Made by a program: the position numbers and the translations under genes. 64,000 nucleotides of DNA from a bacterium (GTDB lineage Bacteria; JAAXHH01): contig OZ241920.1 in NCBI GenBank assembly GCA_965203885.1, forward strand, positions 3,611,372 to 3,675,371, written 5' to 3'. Positions within the stretch are counted from its first letter, which is position 1. Each line of letters starts with the position of its first letter. Shown in pieces: positions 51,193-60,063 of this stretch. The notes below the pieces were generated by a model. It searched no databases. It was not told the DNA's origin and saw only the letters and a list, made by a program, of their open reading frames with translations.

Positions 51193-52248
51193 ATGCGAAC
51201 GCCTGGAACGCCGACCCTGTCCATGCTACGAATCCTGCTCGGTTCCCAGCAAACGGGACTGATCCTCGTCATCCTGCTGCTCGGTGCGGTACTCACCGTA
51301 TTCGCGGGGTATCACGTGGACCGCACCACGGGCGAACTCGTCAACAATTTCCTGAATTCCCGTACCCTGATGCAGACGGCCACCGACGCCAGTTTCTTCG
51401 TGATCATGGCGGTCGGGGCGACCATGGTGATCATCTCCGGGGGGATCGATCTGTCGGTCGGCTCGATTTATGCCCTGTCGGGCGTGATGACCGCCATGGT
51501 GCTCCGTTCCGTGGCGCCGGACAGTCCCTTCGCGGTGGTCGCGCTGGCCGTCCTGGTCTGCGTGAGTCTCGGCCTGCTGTGCGGCCTGCTCAACGGGGTA
51601 ATGGTGGTCGGACTCCGCGTGCACCCCTTTATCGTCACGCTCGGCACGATGTGGGTATTCCGGGGCATCGCCTTCGTGGCCAGCGAGGCGGAGAGCATTC
51701 TCGTGCCGCAGTCCCTGACCGACGCGATCAAGCTGTCCTTCGGTTCCGACGCCCTCTATCCCATGCCCATGGTCATCATGCTCCTGATCACGGCCGCCGG
51801 TGCCGTCTACCTGTCCCGAACCGTCATGGGCCGCCATATTTTCGCCGTGGGCGGCAACGTGGAAGCCGGCCGCTACGCCGGCCTGCGCATAGACAGGATC
51901 CTGGTCGGCGTATACGTGATTTCAGGTCTGACCGCGGGTATCGCCGCGCTAGTGGGCAGCAGCTACTACGGGTCGGCCTCCTGCGCCGACGCCACGGGTT
52001 ACGAACTCTACGTGATCGCGTCCGCGGTCGTCGGTGGCGCGAGCCTTCGCGGCGGACGGGGAAGCGCGGTCAACGCCATGCTCGGCGCCATGTTGATCGT
52101 ATTGATCCGCCAGTCCATCCGCACCCTGCACCTTGACCAGAACTACGAGTGGGTCGTGATCGGTTGCGCGATCATCATCGCGGTCGTCCTCGACCAGGTG
52201 AACCGCCGGCTCACGGCGCGGCGCCTGGCAGGGGCGGGGGCGGGTTGA
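51193..52248 (+). CDS. Monosaccharide ABC transporter permease (RbsC-like)
   Basis: GGIDLSVGS, PFIVTLGT, AVGGN, YELYVIASAVVGG. Confidence 0.92.
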   Translation: MRTPGTPTLSMLRILLGSQQTGLILVILLLGAVLTVFAGYHVDRTTGELVNNFLNSRTLMQTATDASFFVIMAVGATMVIISGGIDLSVGSIYALSGVMTAMVLRSVAPDSPFAVVALAVLVCVSLGLLCGLLNGVMVVGLRVHPFIVTLGTMWVFRGIAFVASEAESILVPQSLTDAIKLSFGSDALYPMPMVIMLLITAAGAVYLSRTVMGRHIFAVGGNVEAGRYAGLRIDRILVGVYVISGLTAGIAALVGSSYYGSASCADATGYELYVIASAVVGGASLRGGRGSAVNAMLGAMLIVLIRQSIRTLHLDQNYEWVVIGCAIIIAVVLDQVNRRLTARRLAGAGAG

Positions 52249-52300
52249 GCACGCAGAAACCTGTAAACTGAGCAACTGGAAACCTGTAAACAGGAAAGGG

Positions 52301-53377
52301 ATGAAATCGATGAGATACTTGATGATGAGTCTGAGGAAACTGCTCGCGCACACATCAAACCTGCTCGCGCCGGCGCCAGGCCTGATCGTGCTTGCCATGG
52401 GCTGCGGGGGGACCGCGCCTCCCGACGACAACCGCCTCGTGATCTCCATGATCGCCAAGAGCACGACCAATCCCGTGTTCCTTTCTTCCCGGACCGGGGC
52501 CGAGGCCGCGGCGAGGGAGTTGTCGGAGGAGCACGGAGTGGACATCGTGATCGACTGGCGCACGCCGCCGACGGAGGACGGCCAGGTCCAGGCGCAGCGT
52601 ATCGCGCAGGCCGTGAACGAGGGCGCCGACGTGGTCCTGATCTCCTGTTCGGACGCCGCCAAGGTGACCGGCGCCATCAATGACGCCGTGGACCGTGGCG
52701 TGCCGGTCATGACTTTCGACAGCGACGCCCCCGATTCGAAGCGGTTCGCCTTCTTCGGCGTGGACGACATCAAGACCGGCGGACTGATCATGGGGGAACT
52801 GGCCAGGGTGATGGACGGCCGGGGCCGCGTGGCCATCCTCGCGGGCAACCAGAACGCGCCGAACCTGCGCAAGCGGGTGGAAGGCGTCCTGCAGAAGGCC
52901 GCGGAGTATCCTGAAATATCGATCGTGGGGACCTTCTACAACATAGAAACCCCCCAGGACGCCGCCGCCGAAGTGGTGCGCGTCAACAACGCCTACCCGG
53001 ATATCGACGGATGGGCCATGGTGGGCGGTTGGGCGCTTTTCACCCAGACCCTGTTGACCGACCTGGACCCCGAACGCATGAAGATCATCTCCGTGGACGC
53101 GCTGCCGCCCCAGCTGACCTACATCGAACAGGGCATCGTCCCCGTGCTCTGGGGGCAGCCCACCTACCTGTGGGGCTACGAATCCGTCCGCCTGATCGTC
53201 GAGAAGATACACCTGAAGCGGGACGTGCCCGTCATCAATCCCCTCGAGCTCGTCCACGTGTCGCGGGAGAACCTCGGCGAATGGGCGGAGATGCTGCAGG
53301 GTTGGGGATTCACGGACGTGCCGGAACGGTACCTGCAGCCGGAGGGGCTGGCGGACCCGCCCGTTACAGACGAGTGA
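52301..53377 (+). CDS. Monosaccharide ABC substrate-binding lipoprotein (RbsB-like)
   Basis: LAMGC lipobox-like, NPVF, GVPVMTFDSD; exact start uncertain. Confidence 0.88.
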   Translation: MKSMRYLMMSLRKLLAHTSNLLAPAPGLIVLAMGCGGTAPPDDNRLVISMIAKSTTNPVFLSSRTGAEAAARELSEEHGVDIVIDWRTPPTEDGQVQAQRIAQAVNEGADVVLISCSDAAKVTGAINDAVDRGVPVMTFDSDAPDSKRFAFFGVDDIKTGGLIMGELARVMDGRGRVAILAGNQNAPNLRKRVEGVLQKAAEYPEISIVGTFYNIETPQDAAAEVVRVNNAYPDIDGWAMVGGWALFTQTLLTDLDPERMKIISVDALPPQLTYIEQGIVPVLWGQPTYLWGYESVRLIVEKIHLKRDVPVINPLELVHVSRENLGEWAEMLQGWGFTDVPERYLQPEGLADPPVTDE

Positions 53378-53378
53378 T

Positions 53379-53540
53379 CCCGGTGCATACGCCGGATCCG
53401 CCATCCACGGCCGAATGAGTCGTTGTCGCGGACCCGGTGCGTGCGCCGGATCCCCCATCCGTGGCCGAATGAGCCGTTGACGCGGACCCGGTTCGTACGC
53501 CGGATCCGCCATCCGTGGCCGAATGAGCCGTTGACGCGGA
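53379..53540. repeat. 54-bp tandem repeat x3
   Basis: cccggtgc...gccggatccgccatccgtggccgaatgagccgttgacgcgga; starts right after the SBP stop. Confidence 0.92.
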
Positions 53541-53572
53541 TTGTAATCCCATTTCGTTCCCCCGGTGATATC

Positions 53573-55072
53573 ATGGACCGCAAACCGCCGAACCCGTACA
53601 TCGAATTCGACCGGATCACCAAGCGGTTTCCGGGCGTGACGGCCCTCGACGAAGTGACCTTCGGCGTCGAGGCGGGTACCTGTCATGCCGTGGTCGGCGA
53701 GAACGGCGCCGGCAAGAGCACGCTCGGACGGATCCTGACCGGTATCTACGATCTCGATGGCGGGCAGATCCGCATCGACGGCCGGCCCGTACACTTCATC
53801 GAACCGAAAGACGCCCTGGACCTGGGCATCGGCATGGTCCACCAGGAGCTCGTCTTCTGCGAGAACCTGACCGTCGCCGAGAACCTTTGCCTGGGCGCCT
53901 TGCCGGCCCGGGGCGGGTTCGTCTCCGAACGGAAGATGGCGGACCGCGCGCTCCGGTTGCTGTCGGCCATCGAGGCCGAAATGGACGTGGAGACGCCCAT
54001 CGGCGAACTGCCCGTCGCCCAGCAGCAGCTCGTACAGATCGCGGCGGCCCTGGGCAGCGGCGCCCGCGTGATCGTCTTCGACGAGCCGACCAGCAGCCTG
54101 TCCCACGTGGAAGCGGAACGGCTGCGGGAGAACATCCGTCATCTCAAGTCGAAGGGGGTGACGTCGATCTACATCTCCCACGACCTGGACGAGATCTTCC
54201 GGCTGTGCGACGTCGTTACGGTGCTTCGCGACGGCCGGCATGTGGCTACCCGCCCGGTCTCCGAAATGGACCGCTCCACGCTCATCAACCTGATGATCGG
54301 GCGCACTTTCGAAGCCTACTTCCCGTCCCACGTGGAAACCGAACCCGGCGAGGAGATGCTGTCCGTGGAGGGCCTTTCCAGTCCAGGCAAGTTCGAGAAC
54401 GTGTCCTTCTCGGTGCGGTCCGGGGAGGTACTCGCCCTGGCCGGACTCGTGGGCGCCGGCCGGACCGAAGTGCTGCAGGCCCTGTTCGGATTGGACCCCA
54501 TGGCCGTGGGCGGGATAAGGGTTTCCGGCCGCCCGGCGAGGATCCGGCATCCGGTCGACGCGATGCGTTCGGGCATCGGTCTCGTGCCGGAAGACCGCAA
54601 GCGGTTCGGTCTCGTCCTGTCGCTTCGCGTGGATCAGAACATCGGTCTTCCCACGCTGGCGCACCGGTCCGACTTCGGATGGATCCGCGGCAGCCGGGAG
54701 GAGGACCTGGCCCGGGAATACGTCCGGCGGCTGTCGGTGCGGCCGTCCGACGTCCGGTACGGCACGGCGGGCCTGTCCGGCGGCAACCAGCAGAAGGTGG
54801 TCCTGGCCAAGTGGCTGGCCGCGAACTGCCCGATTCTCCTGATCGACGAACCCACCCGGGGCGTGGACGTGGGCGCCAAGTCGGAAATGCACGCCCTGAT
54901 CGACCAACTGGCCCACGACGGCACGGCCATCGTGCTCGTGTCGAGCGAACTGCCCGAGGTGCTCAACCTGTCCACTCGGATTCTGGTGCTGCGCTCAGGG
55001 CGCGTGGCCGGAGAACTCTCACGCGAAGAAGCGGATCAGGGCGCGGTGATGCGGTTGATGGCGGGGGTGTAG
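53573..55072 (+). CDS. Monosaccharide ABC ATP-binding protein (RbsA-like)
   Basis: GENGAGKST, FDEPT, LSGGNQQK, DEPTRGVDVG. Confidence 0.94.
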   Translation: MDRKPPNPYIEFDRITKRFPGVTALDEVTFGVEAGTCHAVVGENGAGKSTLGRILTGIYDLDGGQIRIDGRPVHFIEPKDALDLGIGMVHQELVFCENLTVAENLCLGALPARGGFVSERKMADRALRLLSAIEAEMDVETPIGELPVAQQQLVQIAAALGSGARVIVFDEPTSSLSHVEAERLRENIRHLKSKGVTSIYISHDLDEIFRLCDVVTVLRDGRHVATRPVSEMDRSTLINLMIGRTFEAYFPSHVETEPGEEMLSVEGLSSPGKFENVSFSVRSGEVLALAGLVGAGRTEVLQALFGLDPMAVGGIRVSGRPARIRHPVDAMRSGIGLVPEDRKRFGLVLSLRVDQNIGLPTLAHRSDFGWIRGSREEDLAREYVRRLSVRPSDVRYGTAGLSGGNQQKVVLAKWLAANCPILLIDEPTRGVDVGAKSEMHALIDQLAHDGTAIVLVSSELPEVLNLSTRILVLRSGRVAGELSREEADQGAVMRLMAGV

Positions 55073-55342
55073 GGGGGAGTTCCAGTTGGTAGATCAGAAC
55101 CTGTTTTCACGATATATTTGTAAATGCAATTCCAGACTGTATTATATGTATGACTTTGAAACAGCGTAATTAACTCGAATTGGGTCAATCCAAACTGAGA
55201 ATGTGTCAGCTTGACTACAGTTATATGTAATTCTATCCCAGATCACTTGCATATTGTGATAATACTTAATCGAAAATTCAGATATGCAGGACATGCGGCC
55301 ACGAGATTTAGGGTTTTTATTTTCTAGATTTCGCAGAGATAC

Positions 55343-55367
55343 TATAACTAAATTGTCATTAGTTATA
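55343..55367. promoter_or_regulatory. Perfect 9-bp inverted repeat, candidate operator
   Basis: tataactaa-N7-ttagttata upstream of the islet operon. Confidence 0.45.
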
Positions 55368-55544
55368 TTACATGGGCAAACTCTGTGTACAGGTAGAATT
55401 TTTACTTTCGCTATTAATCTCTAACCAACGCTCATCCTTGGAAATTTGCTTACCAATCTGGGAATCGAACAGTTAAATTCAGCGCATTTCGGTTTGTTAC
55501 TGGTCTAGTCTTGAATTGTCAAATATCAGATACGGAGACGAATA

Positions 55545-56348
55545 TTGGCTGAAAATATTTCATGCCCAGCGTTTCCTCATAACACTTCAGGTGAAAATGT
55601 ACATGAACGTAAGTACAGAAAACCACCTGTGGTAGAGGCACTTTGCGAGGTTTATTTCGCAAATTCCAAATGGGATGACACGATACCGGGTGCCTTTTAC
55701 GAACAAGTCAAGGCTGAGTTTCCTGATAAAAAGCAGAGACAGATTCAGGAGGCTCAGATCGCATTGGGGCGTGGAGCGGCTTCAGCGGGTGTTCAGACAT
55801 TGCCTCCTTGGATGCAATTTGTAACTGAGGAAGGTGACCGAATGATACAGATATCGGAAAACCTCCTCGTTGTAAATCAAATGTGTCCTTATCCTCATTT
55901 TGAAGAGTGGGAGCCGATAGTATACCACGCGCTAGATATCTACAATGACCTTGCGCAGCCTCAAAAGGTCACGCAAGTCGGACTGAGGTATATAAACAGA
56001 ATCCAGTTATCAGGTACAAGCATAGATATGGGAGAGTACTTTAGAATCTACCCCCAACTTCCAGATCCTTTAGGGAATACTCACGGACCTTTTCTAGTTC
56101 GAGTAGAAGTACCTCAGGATGACACGGGACATTCGGTACTAATTACATTCGGTACTGACACAACTCCTGCAAATACACAAGAGAACCAGATCTTTATGTT
56201 GGATTTGTACGATATCATAAAACTTGAAATCGATCCAATAGAAATTGAGTTAAGTAAGCAGGTCCAATATGCACATGAAAACTTGGTTAAGGCATTTGAG
56301 GGAAGTATAACAGATAATCTGCGTGAAATTCTCGAGATGGAGGATTAG
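55545..56348 (+). CDS. TIGR04255-like protein
   Basis: YRKPPVVEALCEVYF N-terminus, YPHFEEW, VGLRYINRI, DLYD, FEGSIT; GGAG RBS before TTG. Confidence 0.8.
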   Translation: MAENISCPAFPHNTSGENVHERKYRKPPVVEALCEVYFANSKWDDTIPGAFYEQVKAEFPDKKQRQIQEAQIALGRGAASAGVQTLPPWMQFVTEEGDRMIQISENLLVVNQMCPYPHFEEWEPIVYHALDIYNDLAQPQKVTQVGLRYINRIQLSGTSIDMGEYFRIYPQLPDPLGNTHGPFLVRVEVPQDDTGHSVLITFGTDTTPANTQENQIFMLDLYDIIKLEIDPIEIELSKQVQYAHENLVKAFEGSITDNLREILEMED

Positions 56349-56350
56349 CA

Positions 56351-56803
56351 ATGACTAGCACCGTATCATTGCAAGATCAGTGCCCTTACGAAGCTTACGT
56401 GTCACAGGAGACCAGACGCCTGGGCCAACCGATTTGGGATCTGATGACCGTAGGGTGGGATAGAGGGATTTCCACTTCGATAACTGAGACCGAAACATAC
56501 AGTCTTAGTAGTTTGCTTTACGATCAGTTTCGAAACCTTGCAGACACTGTTCGTGAGGAATGTGATCATCTATCTGCAATTAGAGAGGTCGTACTACACC
56601 CATCATACCAACAAATAGTAGGTATGGGACCTCCAGTACTTCCACTTCTACTAAGAGAACTTGAAGATCAACCTGGGCACTGGTTTTGGGCACTTAGGGC
56701 AATAACTAGGGAAGACCCCGTACTACCAGATCATCAAGGGATTGTCACTGAGATGGCACGTGATTGGTTGAACTGGGCAATGTTGAAAGGTTTGAGATGG
56801 TAA
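56351..56803 (+). CDS. Hypothetical helical (HEAT-like) protein
   Basis: HPSYQQIVGMGPPVLPLLLREL...HWFWALRAITREDPV; 2 bp after the upstream stop. Confidence 0.8.
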   Translation: MTSTVSLQDQCPYEAYVSQETRRLGQPIWDLMTVGWDRGISTSITETETYSLSSLLYDQFRNLADTVREECDHLSAIREVVLHPSYQQIVGMGPPVLPLLLRELEDQPGHWFWALRAITREDPVLPDHQGIVTEMARDWLNWAMLKGLRW

Positions 56804-57222
56804 GTTTCGAAACAAATTTTCCCATGCTAAACAGTAATGCCTATAGAGTTACAAGTCCAGCTCAACCAGACTACAACTGTATCGCATGGGCCGCTGGTGA
56901 CGATACTAGATGGTGGGAACCGGATGATCAGGGTATGTACTACTGGCCAGAGGGTGTGCGTCGAGGTTACACGGTCGAAGACTATGCAAAGGCTTTCAAT
57001 ACAATTGGATATGAAGTTTGTCAAGATAGCACTTTAGAATCAGGGATGGAAAAAGTTGCGATATTCGCAGATAATCGTGGTTACCCAACTCATGCTGCCA
57101 GACAGTTGGCGGATGGCTCGTGGACAAGCAAGCTAGGACAGTCCGTAGACATTAATCATTGGAACCTTGAAAGCGTTGGGCACGGATGTTATGGTACTCC
57201 TGTATTAATTCTTCAGAGATGA
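56797..57222 (+). CDS. Hypothetical protein with Cys/His papain-like motifs (DUF7689-like)
   Basis: TSP...YNCIAWA, EKVAIF, THAARQ, WTSKLG; start overlaps the upstream stop (ATGGTAA). Confidence 0.8.
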   Translation: MVSFETNFPMLNSNAYRVTSPAQPDYNCIAWAAGDDTRWWEPDDQGMYYWPEGVRRGYTVEDYAKAFNTIGYEVCQDSTLESGMEKVAIFADNRGYPTHAARQLADGSWTSKLGQSVDINHWNLESVGHGCYGTPVLILQR

Positions 57223-57383
57223 ACATGTAAGTGTGAGCAACTTTTCAGATACTAGGAATCTGAGGTTGAGTTCCTCAATTGTGGAGTTACGGTAGTTTGT
57301 AAAATGGTAAACTGGTAACTCAATGAGTTTGTTTACCCAACTAAGTCTGGCTAATTCTAACGTGTAACAAATTTACATTTAAC

Positions 57384-58199
57384 TTACCCCCGCCTCCCCG
57401 GCGCGGCCGCCACGCCTTCCATGCCGCCGCTCACCCGCAGGACTTCGCCGGTGATCCAGCCCGCCGCGGGGCTGCAGAGGAACGCCACCCCGTGTGCGAT
57501 ATCCTCCGCCTGGCCCCACCTGCCCAGCGGGATGGCGCTTCGGATCCGCTCGATCATCTCTTCCTCGGTCAACCCCAGCGTCTTGCTGCGCTGCGCCATG
57601 TTCGACCGGTTGAACTCGGTGTAGACCGGACCGGGACAGACGGCGTTCACCCGGACCCCGTAGGCCGCCAGTTCCAGGGCCAGGGTCCGCGTGAGACTGA
57701 TGACGCCTTCCTTGGCCGCGTTGTAGGCCGCGACGAGCGCCGCCGGGTTCTGTCCGTTGATGGAGGAGATGTTCACGATGGCGCCCGATTCCTGCCGCTC
57801 CATGATCCGGCCCGCGGCCCGGCAGCAGTAGAAGGTCCCGGTCAGCGTGACGCGCATCACCCGGTCCCATTCCCCGTCTTTCAGTTCGACGACGGGCGCA
57901 ACCTGCTGGCCGACGCCGGCATTATTGACCAGGATGTCGAGCCGGCCGTGCGCTGCGGCCGCCCCATCGAAGAAGGCGTCGACCGCGGCGCTGTCCGCGA
58001 CGTCCAGGTACCCGGGAGACACCTCCAACCCCAGTTCGCGTAGCTTCCCCGCCTCTTCCTCGACCTTCTCCCGTTGCAGGTCGGCCATCACTACCTTCGC
58101 GCCGTCGCGCGCCAGCCGCTCCGATATTCCCAGACCGAGCCCCTGCGCCGCACCGGTCACGACCGCGGTGCTTCCGTCCAATCGATGTGGGTTCTCCAT
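57384..58199 (-). CDS. SDR family oxidoreductase
   Basis: TGAAQGLG, NNAG, NISS, YNAAK, VNAVCPG. Confidence 0.94.
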   Translation of the reverse strand: MENPHRLDGSTAVVTGAAQGLGLGISERLARDGAKVVMADLQREKVEEEAGKLRELGLEVSPGYLDVADSAAVDAFFDGAAAAHGRLDILVNNAGVGQQVAPVVELKDGEWDRVMRVTLTGTFYCCRAAGRIMERQESGAIVNISSINGQNPAALVAAYNAAKEGVISLTRTLALELAAYGVRVNAVCPGPVYTEFNRSNMAQRSKTLGLTEEEMIERIRSAIPLGRWGQAEDIAHGVAFLCSPAAGWITGEVLRVSGGMEGVAAAPGRRG

Positions 58200-58232
58200 G
58201 CCGCAGGTCCTTTCATTTGTCCGTTCATCCGT

Positions 58233-60029
58233 TCATCCGTCCGTTCGCTCCCTGCCGATGTACATCTCGGTATACACGGTATTGTTTTCCCAGAATGGAT
58301 AAAAACCCGCGCGATCCCGTTTCAGTCCCTTGAGCCAGGGTTTGCGGAGTTGGAACCGGTGGTCGTGCCACAGAAACGCCCCGCCGACCTCGGAGGCGAG
58401 CAGCCATTCGGCTTCTTCGTACAGGCGCATCCGCTCATCGCGGCCGGTTTCCCGCCGGGCCCGGTCGATCAGGTCGTTGAATCGCCCATTGTTCCAGTCG
58501 TGCCGGGTGAAACCCCGGGGCTGGGACCGCCAGGGAACGCCGAGCAGGCTCTGGGGATCTGAAAAGTCGGCGCCGTAGCCGACCATGCCGATGGGTATCT
58601 CCCATTCGTACATCAACCGGTTGAAGGCGTTCGCCTGCATATTGCGGATCTCGAGCCGGACGCCTAGTATCCCGAGCAGCTGTTCCTGGATCATCTGGGC
58701 GGCCTGGCCGCTCAGCGAGGAAGGCGGCGCGTCGCGCAGCCAGACCTCGATGGCGGGGAAGCCCTTGCCGCCGGGATATCCGGCTTCTTCCATAAGGCGT
58801 TGCGCGGCTTCCGGGTCGAACTGCTGGAGGTGCCGGAGCCGGTCGCCCGCGTATCCCGGGAAATTCGGGGGACGCATGCCGTAGGCCGGCCGGACGGCTC
58901 CCTTGAACAGCACGTCGGCAATGGTCCGCTTGTCGATGGCCCGGGCGATGGCCTGACGTACGCGGACGTCGTTCAGGGGCGGTTCCCGGGTACGGAAAAA
59001 CAGGTAGACGGTAGACACGCCGTTGAACTTCCAGAGCTGTTCGCGCAGCACAGGGTCGTTTCGGATACGGTCGAGATCGGCCGGGTTTCCCACGCCGACC
59101 AGGTCCACTTCACCGTTCTCGTACGGAAGCAGACCCACGCCGCCGGACGCGCTGCCCGTCCCCGCCGTACCCGAGAAGAGGCGGACGATCTTTCGCAGGC
59201 GGCCGGGATTGTTCCCTTTGTAGTGGGGATTCAGCCGGAACGTCATGTATTTGCCCTGCACCCATTCGTCCAGCCGGAAGGCGGAGTTGCTCACGCACCG
59301 CCCGGCTTCGGTCCATCGGGCGCCGTATTTCTCCACCTGCCATCGCGGCACGGGCGAGGAGGCCGTGTACGAGGTGACGTAGGGGAGATAGGCGCGGGGT
59401 TCTTCGGTTTCGATTTCAAAGGTCAGGTCATCGACCGCCCGAACGCCGAGCAGGTCCGGGTCGTCGGTCTCCCGCTGGTTGTACGCCCTCGCGCCCTTGA
59501 TGTCATAATAGAAGAAGGCGTACACGTTCCCGCTGTCCGGGTGGAGCAGGCGCTTGTAGGTGTATTCGAAGTCGTGGGCGGTGACGGGCGTGCCGTCGCT
59601 CCAGCGCGCGCCGGGATGAAGGTGGAACGTCCAGGTCCTGCCGTCCGGCGAACGCTCCCACCGGTCCGCCGCGCCGGGGATGAGTTCTTCGTTCTCGTCG
59701 ACCATGCAGAGCCGTTCGAAGAGGAACGCGCTCCCCAGGGACTCGTACAGGGCGACGCTGACATCCAGGCTGGAGGGTTCGTTTGAAAAGTAACGGTACA
59801 CCTGGCGCCCGGGAGGCGCCGCGTCCGCCGGGAGCGGCCTGGCCGCCGCTTCCTCTCCGGGCACCGTCCGGACGAACGGATGGCCGGGTAGATCGGAAGG
59901 TCCATTCGCACAGGAGGAAGACAGCAACAGGACGGCGAGCGCGGCCAGGGCGAATGTGCACAGGGTGGGCGCGGCCAGGGAGAGCGTGCCCGGGGCGAAC
60001 GGCAGGTTTGATCTCGTTTGTGAGCTCAT
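58233..60029 (-). CDS. Orphan peptide ABC substrate-binding lipoprotein (family 5)
   Basis: LSSSC lipobox-like, WSDGTPVTAHD, VRQAIARAID; paralog of 29211-30950. Confidence 0.88.
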   Translation of the reverse strand: MSSQTRSNLPFAPGTLSLAAPTLCTFALAALAVLLLSSSCANGPSDLPGHPFVRTVPGEEAAARPLPADAAPPGRQVYRYFSNEPSSLDVSVALYESLGSAFLFERLCMVDENEELIPGAADRWERSPDGRTWTFHLHPGARWSDGTPVTAHDFEYTYKRLLHPDSGNVYAFFYYDIKGARAYNQRETDDPDLLGVRAVDDLTFEIETEEPRAYLPYVTSYTASSPVPRWQVEKYGARWTEAGRCVSNSAFRLDEWVQGKYMTFRLNPHYKGNNPGRLRKIVRLFSGTAGTGSASGGVGLLPYENGEVDLVGVGNPADLDRIRNDPVLREQLWKFNGVSTVYLFFRTREPPLNDVRVRQAIARAIDKRTIADVLFKGAVRPAYGMRPPNFPGYAGDRLRHLQQFDPEAAQRLMEEAGYPGGKGFPAIEVWLRDAPPSSLSGQAAQMIQEQLLGILGVRLEIRNMQANAFNRLMYEWEIPIGMVGYGADFSDPQSLLGVPWRSQPRGFTRHDWNNGRFNDLIDRARRETGRDERMRLYEEAEWLLASEVGGAFLWHDHRFQLRKPWLKGLKRDRAGFYPFWENNTVYTEMYIGRERTDG

Positions 60030-60063
60030 GAAAACCCGTCCTGCCCCGTGCAATCGATCCGGA

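Larger units (their letters stand above)
55073..57383. mobile_element. AT-rich horizontally acquired islet (no integrase visible)
   Basis: Abrupt composition shift (by eye roughly 40% GC against mid-60s) between two convergent host genes. Confidence 0.8.

Noticed and set aside
50864-53540. Possible CRISPR arrays (40-bp and 54-bp repeats; also 26117-26278)
   Set aside because: Units are contiguous with no unique spacers, and there are no cas genes in the window.
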